A stretch of 51,045 bases of DNA, the filler included, from Dirinaria sp. TL-2023a (Eukaryota): assembly GCA_051941275.1 (NCBI GenBank). It is 3 parts of 3 records of this genome, joined end to end, with 100 filler letters (N's around TTAATTAATTAA, not from the genome) between each part and the next. Parts side by side here need not be neighbours in the genome. Positions count along the whole stretch, not along the records: positions 34,127 to 51,045 come from JAVEBF010000464.1; 2 more parts are not named here. The stretch is one strand, 5' to 3'. Of the stretch, positions 35,684 through 45,828 are shown piece after piece (positions within the stretch are counted from its first letter, which is position 1; every line of letters begins with the position of its first letter). The notes under the pieces were generated by a model. The model searched no databases. It was not told the DNA's origin and saw only the letters and a list, made by a program, of their open reading frames with translations. Both the position numbers and the translations under genes were made by a program.

Positions 35684-38143
35684 GTTGGAGATGATGGAGA
35701 AGTTTCACCCTTGGTGTCTGAAAGCGCGTGCAGGACGAGGGAGAGGGGAGCAAGGTGAAGCCATTAATATAGATGGCCAGAAGAGGCCCATCTTGTTTCC
35801 CATCTATCTCTCTTGCTGGCAAGTCCATACCAGGCTGGACACAAACGCAAGTACGCTAATTACGCCATGCTCGTGTTGCTGTTCAGCACATCGTTCACGA
35901 TGTGACGATCCCATTGCACGTTGCCAAAGAGATTAGACAAAGCACTCCGCATTCGATCATGGAACAGAATTCTAACAGCTTGCCATGAGTCCTAGCTGCC
36001 TTAGCTCTGCTCCTGTAAGTTGATTAGTTCGAGATTCAAGCGAAAAAGAGAAGCAGCATGTACGAAGTCTTTTACTGTGTGGAGTTAGTCCATACGGTTG
36101 GTCTTCTTTTTCAGTTTAACCAGGAGTGGTTGTTTGCTGTTGGATTGGCGGATGAGTAGAAAGATCTAGATTTTCGAGTGTCGAGACCATCTCCCGCTAA
36201 GCATGTCAGGGCCCGCTTAGACGTGCTTGGCGCACCCATTCGGCCTCATTTGGCAGTTGGACCCTTTTAGTTCAAAAGCTATACGAACACGAATCTACTT
36301 ACAGTAGTACCTAAGGCAAAAGTCTAAGGTTGTCAGGCCCCCACTGATTTCGTATTTAACCCAAAACTCATCTATTGGCGCGCTTGCCAAACGATCTTTT
36401 TCAATCCATGTGCGAATTTTCCAATCTTCAAAAATCGTAGATGTGTACTCCATCTGATCAGCATACTCATGTATGTCATCGTAAGCAAAAGTCACAATTT
36501 CCCCAAGACGCGAATATTCTTCGACCAATGCATTTTCTCTCGCGCAAATTCAAGACGTTGAAGAGTAGTAATTAAAATTGTGAATTGATAGAATAACATA
36601 GTCTGCTAGATGATACAACTTGCGTATGAGTTAGGAAAAAGCAGCTCAATACGAAGTTTATTACTTCGCCTAAGAAACTGAATGATGGTTCTAGTTTCAA
36701 AAACGTATCGGTTGGGCATAGAAAATAGCCAACTTGTTTCGTTTTGTCTTGTTTTTCATCTTCTGCTCTAGGCTTTTAATATTACAAGGACGTTGATAAA
36801 GTTGAAAATAATCGAAAAGGCTGGAATAAGTGTGGCGTGAGAGGCTCCGAGCGGTCCATACATACCCTATTTGATGCACAAGATCACGCGTCCCTTGGAA
36901 TAAATCTGTTGATTTCTCCCTGATCGAAGTTCCAATAGCGGCGCAGCCGCTAGGTGTAATCTCAGTCGGTGCGGAACCGACGAAAAACCTGCCCTGACAA
37001 ACAGTACAGCGGAGATGGTGAAGAGAAAACTAGGCACGACCAGTACTATCACCGCTTCGAACTCGGCGATCCGGAGTCACAATAAGACACTCATGATTGT
37101 TGCAATAGTGGTTGGATCCTTAGTTACCTTATTCGCGCTCATCGCTTTTGTGCTGAAGTGCGTTATCGGTGGGGATGCTCCATGAGGTTGAAGCGGGGTA
37201 TTGGGTTTTGGAGATGGTGGAGCTCGTTAGGATTGAATGTTCTATTTGATAGAGGTGATGTAGCAGCATGGTATTGTGCCGTTAGCAGAGTCTGTCCAGT
37301 ATGTGGTTTGGTTAATAGCTTCGAACCAAGTTATGGCTGCGTTTGACGATCGTATTTGTTGATCGTTGAGTGTGATCTATCCTGTAGCAGCCGATATCTT
37401 CATGCAGCTCTTTAGCCTTCAGCTTCGTATGCTAAATTCTTGATAGAGTAGTCCGGTAGCAGTAGGCTGTATTGCTTGAAATTGTAAATGCCGATAGAGG
37501 GTAAAGTATGCGTAAGTAAAGCCTCAGTAAGCGCATGAGCAGACTCATTGATCGGGCATTCAGAATCTGGAAAATCAAGTGAAGCACGGATAACGTCGTT
37601 GAGGAGGGATTTCATCTGGACGAACGAAGTCGAATTTACTTCGTATCGAATAGTATCTTCGGTGCCATGAAAGAAGACTCTCTTTCCCCCGGTAAGCGCC
37701 TAGCCTATGCCATAGTTAAGGAATTCACAACCCTCTTCAGCACCGCCAGACATTGAAAAATTTGATCCCCTTAGACCATCCGTAAACCCGTGTCTCCACA
37801 TTCTTATCATGTTGTCATAGAAGGTCCTTCTCATGGCGCCGCTTCCGGTGCTCTCTTTGGCTACTCCTTTTCTTCGACATCCCGTGCCCAAGTTCGTGAA
37901 ACTCGCTTGTTATCCGTTGCATCCCAAGAGTGTACAGCAAAGGTTGAGAAAGACTTGTGGAGTATCGACTGTCCAAAACATACTTTTGATCTCGAACAAA
38001 AGCGGAGTAGGTTCATGTTGTAAGGCACGTTAACTTTCTGCGATTGACATCAATTGAGTGTAAAAGTTTCGAATTGAATTGTTATATCAAATGATTCTCT
38101 CGTGCTTTTCGATCCACGAACATCAAACTTTCTATTACTGAGC

Positions 38144-41100
38144 TTACCGATATCTCAAGGGGATACTCTGCTCAGATAGCTTGAGTGCTCTTCGACCGGA
38201 CTGCAAGGTGCCAGATACGATCCACAACCCAATCCTCGCAATTGATACGTCTGTTATATGCTCATGATCCGTATCTGTGACGTTCTCAGATTCTACAATA
38301 TTGCTAGCCTCTTTCAAGGTTTGCATGATGGCCTTGTCTTGTCTTAAGATAGCATACTGGTAGGACGTCAGTCCCAATGCAGTATATTCGTTATTGACAC
38401 TGGCTCCGTGTTTAAGTAAGAGATGGACAGATGCGGCACTGCCATATATGATGCAATAGCCCAGCAGAGACGATGGATGGCCGCCAATCGTACGCGGATT
38501 ATTATGGTTTGCGCCTTGTGTGAGAAGATACCCAGCAATCTCTAGTTGTATATCTTCGCTGTATTTAGAGTCTAGTTTGCGCATCAAAACGTACCACAGC
38601 GGGGTGGCGGACTGAGAGGCCTCAATCCAATCATGACCTTCATAATATAATGCAGTATCGCATGGTATTGAATAGTTATCGATGGGATACTCGCCTGATA
38701 GGAGGATCTTGATCATGCCAATACGATCCTGGTGCTCGATTGGCACAAAGGCCGGTCCGGCAGCTGCAAGCAGAAGAAGACGGTATTTTTCTCGGGATTC
38801 TTTGTACGTAGCAAAGTTAATTGCCCGCAGATCTAAACAATGCTGAACAAGCGACTTCGCGTTGGCAGCAACCGCCAGAGCAAGTAATTTCCAGGCTGAT
38901 GGGATGGATGGGTCGCTAAATGGAGCAGTCCCAAAAAGAGGCTCCCAGCTTCGGTCAACCCACCACCCAAAATCGCAAGAAGGCCTGGGAGCGCGAGAGT
39001 TTTTGATAGTCTGAAGCAAGACCAGGCTTCGGTCGGCCGCTGAGTCATCTTTGATAGTATGGAGCTCGGTAAATTTGGCATAGTGCAACATATGCTTTTT
39101 GATTGGGGCCGCCCATACTCTACAGGAAACGCTACAAAATAGAAGGAAGTCATTGCCGTTGAAGCCTATGAAATGCGGTTCGATATTTCCCTCTAGTAGT
39201 CTGTCCTGATATTCTCGGGTATACTCCTTGGCCGTAGCGTGAAGAAACTGCACGATTCGAGTGGTGGATTCGGATTGTCTCTCATCTCTCGTCTCAGGAA
39301 CAATGCTTTGATTGGCAAGTAGTTTAATATACTCAGCACTGGTAGTGACATAGGTCTCCAGAAAGCCTCCACTACGACTAGCAAGGCGGCGAAGGTAGGC
39401 TTTTTCAGAGTCTTCTAGATCCGGTGCATCTTGGATTCTCCATTTAGAATCAGTGTAGAAGCGCTTATTTCTCAGGACATAATCGACAGCCGACAGAAAA
39501 GTCTCCAGAGGAAGTGGTTCAACTGTACTCATGGCCACATGCAACATTACATAAGCTTCATCGATATATTGGGAGTCTATATTGTTAAACAGTCAGCCTT
39601 TACTTTTTCTAGCACAGTATAGTCTATGAAAGTAGGGGAGATTTGAATTCAAATGGTGTGCTGAGGAGCTGATGGTGTTGAATTACGAACTTATGGCAAA
39701 GAATGTAATCAGACCAGACTCCACATCATCAGTGTCGACGAAGATGTGGCACCGTACAATGAATTTGCCACAAAAGCAACCGATTTAAATAGTCGGGCGA
39801 TGTAGTTCCAAAGGGTTGATTGATACTTCTGCGAAACCTACCTAGCCTTTTTAGGATATTTGCGTAGAGGTCTTCAAGCTTTTGAGGCATACGAGCGACT
39901 TCGTCTTCAAGGCTCGAATATGGCGATCCGTCACGTATGCCCTTCGCTAGCTGTTCCACGACAAGGCGAACCCAAATAAAGACCCCAAGGGCTTTAAGCG
40001 TGATCTGATGGGTAAGCGTATTTAAACGCTGAGAACTGATAAGTTTTGGATCATCTATGCTGGCTTCCAGTTCACTCCTTGTATATACCTCGATGTCCCT
40101 TCGTGTATGCTCGTGTATGGCCAATCCTGGGTACTTGCCAAAATATTGCTCGAAAACATTCCAAGAACGACTGGCTAAACAAAGTCTAAGAATAACACGA
40201 TCATTTTCGACTTTATGGATCATTGACCTCAGGATATGGGCCAGCTCGTCGTTGTCACCGGCATGCTCGTCAAGTGCATCCAGGAAGAGGATCACTCGGA
40301 ATGGTATCTTCCTCTGTGCAACAATACCGAAAAGAATCGACTTGAGTGAACTTAGATTCCATATGGGACGCTTGATTCCTCCTTGAGCTCTAACGAGTTT
40401 CGTGTACTCTGGTTCAACGCAAAACCAAAGCTCTGGCAGCTGTCTCCATAGAGAACTGATCAACTCTTGTAGCATACCCGTAAGCGATTTCTGTATAGTA
40501 TGACCTCGATCGTGAAAGAAGAATGCGATGCACGACTAATCAGGGCCCTCGAGCCCCTTCAAAAGTTGCCAGGTTTTATCATGATTCATAGCATACTTCA
40601 TAAGCGTCGATTTCCCACTACCAGGCTTCCCCTGAATCCAATAGACAGGACCTGATGTAGCAATGTCTTCATTTAACCAAGCGCTGAAAGATACGGTTTC
40701 TGAGCTGAAAAGCCAATCAAAAGTCTTCTTGTGTGCTTCTTCAACCTCGAGAAAGCGTTCTTTCGTGGCTGCTGTGTTCAGACTATGCATGCAGTCTTTC
40801 TAACCGAATAAGCCTCGAGAAACGCAGTAAGTGCTTACTGTCTTAGACGCACCTGTTTCGTTTTTCCTAGGATCTTCAACAGTGCGCTGTTGACCAACCC
40901 ACCGGCGTAGTTGAGCACTGACGCGTTTGAAGCCCACATCTTCGATACTGCTGAATTTTGTCATGTTGGAATGTTCAGCCGGAATGCTGCCATTGCGCTC
41001 ATGACCAAGTCCAATCTTGGCCGAATCTGTGTCAACAACCTGCCGAAGGATTAGTAATGCAACTGAAGGGCTTCGATATGAAGAACAGGCTTGGCCATGA

Positions 41101-42231
41101 GTACTCGAAGGGTATTTGCGTAGGCGACACTCCGCTGCCTGGATTGTCGAAACACAAACCATAGTGGCCTTCTCTCAAGTTGTAAAATACTCAATGTGCA
41201 AGGCTTACCAGGCGCTTGGTTGTAGGAAAGATCACTAATATTACCACACGGAACCGACCAGCGGCGAAGATTCCGAAAGCAGGTACGAGGACTTACCATA
41301 GTGGAAAACATCCCCCATTTCCTCGTGAGCTTCTCCTCTCTGAAAGAATGAACCTGCAAAATCCGCCTATACTTCTCGACTGTCTGGCTAAAGTCATCAG
41401 ATATCATGTCAAGGGTTTCGGAATTGCGTTCCAAGCCCTGTAGTATCTTGGTGTTTGGCCTCATTCCCGCGGCCTTCGTGATCCGAAAAGCAATTTTGCC
41501 AATAGAAGCAGAACGGGAACCACGGTGCGGGGTTCCCAAGAAACAGATTCCAGACGTTGCTGGTGCTATATCCATCAAAGGTGTCCCTTCCGTCGCCCTA
41601 GACATATTGAGAGCCGCCTTTACTATGATTCCGCCAAGACTGTGGACAACGAAGATTATAGGTTTTCGGTGATGCTCTGACTCTGCTCGCAAATCAACAA
41701 GATCCGAAAGCAGATTCCCGGCGTGCTGGTGTATGGTGTTCCTTGACGCGGAGCTCAAGCTAGCGATGTCTGCATCGTATCCCCATGTGAATATATCAAC
41801 ATCTGGAACCACTTGCGGTAGGAGGTCTTGTGGCCAGTATATGGAATTCTCCAACTCTTTCCCAGCTGAGGAATGGTTATTGCTTTTGGACGTTATATGT
41901 TCGTGGTTTCCCGGTGGATATGGCTTTTCAAAATGTGAGGGTGATTTTGTACGACTCGATGACTTCCATGTCCAGGTCTCATAAGGGTGGCCAAAGAGCC
42001 CATGAACAAATATGATGCTAATCGGGATCAGCTTGAGTCTATTTAAGCGGCTTCGATGATATGGATAGTAAATCCAGGAAGACGCCGGCCTATCACTCTG
42101 GCTGTGGGCATGAACCCAATGCAGAGCAATTGGCTGCATAAGAAGCGTGTGCTTGAAACGACTTACAGTGCCGTCGTAGCCTCGTCAGACCTTGGTACGT
42201 GTATCTCACTAAGTCCATACCGAGAGATCAT
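38144..42231 (-). pseudogene. Fungal NLR-like gene (SesB-like alpha/beta-hydrolase + NACHT + ankyrin repeats), intact except for one in-frame TAG at 40536-40538 (pseudogene or recoded gene)
   Basis: Exons 42231-42167, 42017-41297, 41039-40853, 40795-39842, 39576-38144 (3360 nt). Hydrolase motifs IIFVHGLFG, HSLGG, FLGTPHRGS, HSNMTKF. Walker A GKPGSGKST, Walker B LFLDALDE, GVFIWVRLVV. Degenerate ankyrins (TPLWYV, LLTQGANHN, LLKHGASVN). The exon 3/4 junction is slightly uncertain. Confidence 0.85.
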
Positions 42232-43794
42232 GATCTCGTTGAACGGTAAGTCGAAGGACCTTGCTTGGAGACTCGATGAAGCTACGTAAGCGAGAAACTC
42301 TCATACCTTGAATGTAAGAACGGATTACTAGGACAGAAAAGAAATGAGGCTGAAAAGTGGGGGCCGGGATCAGCTCCAGTAAATGCTTTTTGTAGATAGC
42401 AATTTCAAAATAGCTTCTCCAGCTTGGCACCGTAAGTTTTCTTCACAACATTACTTCTCACCGAGACGATAGACGCTCGCGGATTTACTAGATTTCGATC
42501 TCAACGCATCTCATATGCATTCTCCTGTCGCTGAACTTGATTTTCGAAATCTAGAAAGTTGCCCAGTAGCACGTGTATCGCCAGTGGCACATTTAGAGGA
42601 CGCCTTACCAAAATGCTTGTTCTGGGCAGATGAGAACGATGTATACATTATAGCATCGGAGAGACTGGCAACAGCGAGGTGTAGTCTATATACGTTGAGA
42701 TCGACGGCTGCTTCTCTGCGAAAACTGTTTGCCATGTATAAGAACCGGCGCGGCCATAGAATGCACTGGGCTAGCGAGCAGTGAGTTAGCACAAGTATGA
42801 TAGTGTTCAACCCTATCGATCACTATATCCATGTATATTACCAACCTACTCGAGAGTGCAGCCTGGGAACAATCCACGACGGTCAGGGAGGAGAGATCAA
42901 TTGACCCATTCGGACTCCTTTAGCATCTCCTGGATATTTCTCTATAGCGCATGGATAGTGGCAAGCGCGCTCTTATCGTGACTCAAGGAGAGCAAAATAT
43001 CCATTCTCTAATCTTGACAACTGCTCCAATACAAATGTTGAGTACGGACTGCATCGCTGGGCCGGGCCTTTTTTAAGAGGGTGTAAGTCGGTATTCGTAA
43101 ACAATCGCGTAAGTGTGAGATGGCTTTTAACTATAACAGTAAGTAGCATCTTTCCTCCTTCTAATTTTGATTCTTCATGGCTTCCCGTAAATCATTACTG
43201 TGGTCTCTGAATGTCCGGTCGAAAACCCTAGTCGTTCTCTTTTATGCAAGGGCCCTTAAGTGAAGAGATAAAAAATCTGATTACTCCTTAACAGGTCATG
43301 TGCCAAGGCAGCCTTGATATTTGTACCCACAGAGCCTTCGACGAAAGGCAGGAGAATGATTACCCAGGAGGCCAGGCCACTAATAATGCGCGCCAGTACG
43401 AGTACATATGCAGTTTCCCGGACTAGTTGTTGTTTTAAGCTTTTGCCCAAAATATAGCTTCGTGTCTAGTGCTTCTAATAGCAGCGTTGGAGATTTCTTC
43501 CAAGCGACCCTGACTGGGAGGAATTACTGGCGAATATCATCAATGGATGTGCTCTTGGATTGTGGAAGGTTCGAAAGATGAGGTGTTTGGAATAGACGAG
43601 GTGATAGTTAACCGCGCTTCTCACCAAGAAGATCAAGATGCCTAGCTATAGGGAAGTCCTGAGGGCGAAGGTAGGAGGTGGTGGGATTTGGAACAAGGAA
43701 TAATGAAATCATGCTTGATGAGGTGATCGTGTACGTGAACGGTGTAATTCTATATACCTTACTAATTAAAAGTGATTAATCTAGGTAGACGAAT

Positions 43795-45319
43795 TCAAGG
43801 AACAAGGCCAAAAAGTCTTCCTGCGACACGATCCCATTCATCGTCCCACCTTCGAGTACCCTCGCGCAAAGCGCCTTCTCTAAGATTTTGAAGCTCTTTT
43901 CCGTCCCCTCCAAACAGGTCCATAAGGATAGATTTTAGTCCTAATGCGTCAGTGAAGCTTCTCCCATTAACGCCATCCTTGACAAGCTCCGACCAAGCCT
44001 CAAAATCACCCCAGCCGGCAACTGGAAGACCGGCACCAAACATATCGACCACTTTCATGGGTAGATCGACACCGCTGCTGCTCTTGTGAAGACTCACTCC
44101 AAGATCTGCAATACTTAGCAGACTTGCGTACTCTTCGGTGCTGAGCCAGGCGGTCCGGAAGGTTACCATTTCAAGCTTGTCTTGGGATTTAAGCAGCTGA
44201 ATCTGATCCAGGAAATGATCTTTTAGCGGGCCTTTGCCAGTGATGACGGCGATAATCTCGGGTAGGTAAGGATGCGATGTCATTGCGAGGTCCGAGTACT
44301 GTACAAGCGCATCGAGGAGAATGCTGAAATCTTCATCCGGGGTCCACGATGTGGAGCTAACAATTAACTTGGTCTTACCCAGCTCAACAGTTCCTGCGAA
44401 GTCGGCGACTTCTGGTAATTTTTCTAGGAATGCGAGGCGCCGCTCACGCACCAGGGGCTGGAAGTGGGCCGCGGGTCGATCGTGTAGTGACAAAACCGGC
44501 GCTTGAGCTCTGTAGTCTCTCTTGATCACTCGCATCATCGCGTCCGTCACGGTCAAATGAGCGCTCGCCAAGCGGGAGCAGACATGCTCATAGACGCGTG
44601 AGATCTGTACCAGGGCGTGGGCTTTACTAAGCCGAAGAGCAAGTATGGTGTGTCCGAAATTGTGCCAGTCGATAACGAGGCGGCTGTTACGCAGGAATGA
44701 TATAACGCCCGCAATTGCAAGTGTAGGAATTGAAGGTGGGTTCTGTCCTTTTGTTAATACCAATGACGCAGTTGGAGAGGGTCAGGTAGCGATGTCCGTC
44801 CCTCGCTCACCTGCACAAGGAGCCATTTTGCAGGCTTTGCCTTATAACCCAACGCAATCCACAGACTCCATGTCTGAAATAAGACCTTTAAGGGTCCCAG
44901 GAACACAAATAGCCATTTGTTACCAGCGCGAAGGAAGTCAGGTGTGGGAGTAACGGAGATTATCTCGATTGCCGAATTGCTAGCAATATCTGGGTGCAAC
45001 GCGGAGTCTATGTCCTCGTCTATTTAAGCGATCGAGCTCTCAGCAGTGAAGACTGGGTCAAAGTAATACCCTTGTATCCGATGAGATCTACGAGGCCACC
45101 GTGTTTCGCAATACTGAGTGCATGGTATTGCATACGGGGACTCCTGCCAATGTCTCCCAGAACAAGGACTTGTATTCTGGGTTTGCTCTTGCCATTGCTG
45201 TTTGTTTTCTTGGCTTCAGCGCCATAAGCGCCATACTGTGATGGTAAAAGGTATAGACCAATAGAGAGTAGAGTCGAGAAGAGCACCAGTACTGGCAGCA
45301 GGCTTTCCACTGATAGCAT
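43795..45319 (-). CDS. ALG1: Chitobiosyldiphosphodolichol beta-1,4-mannosyltransferase (3 exons)
   Basis: [39 protein letters not shown] and [16 protein letters not shown]. Introns 45008-45069 and 44743-44810. Confidence 0.95.
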
Positions 45320-45828
45320 GGGGGAGATAGGGCATTGGCCAAGAGCAATTCAGAGAGTCCAAGCCAGAACAGAAGAGGTCTCCCAAGGCTTTGAGAAATC
45401 CATCTTTCCAAAGAAAAGGGGGATTCTACCGCTGTAGGCCAAAGGACAAAAATGAGAGATGCACTTCGTACTCCTTAACATGCCTTGGAATTTCCCCGAC
45501 CGAGGGATCAGCGTCACTGTGCATTACGGCGAGCCCTATACGCGAGTAGTGCAGTTCCCCTGACCGAACCCGATTGGGGATGTTTGTAGTCCAGGGCAGA
45601 CAAAGCCCATCGTCATTTCAATTTCCTACCCCTCGGCATAAGGTACCACTGGGCTCTACCCACATCCTGCAGTTACAGTACTTTAAGAGTATCGCCTTCG
45701 TAGCCATATGGCAGGTGCATAAGGCTGCTCTTACCTCAGCCCTCGTGGCGCTAGCATTGCACTAATGATACCTCTACCTCGTCTCTCCTAGGTAGTCCCT
45801 TCGCTCTTTGGGGAGGGGGAAAGTGCCA

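Noticed and set aside
38144..43790. Amyloid signalling motif (sigma, PP or HRAM type) or a separate adjacent effector for the NLR
   Set aside because: No G/N/Q-rich pseudo-repeat seen at the NLR N-terminus or in nearby ORFs; the effector domain is fused directly.
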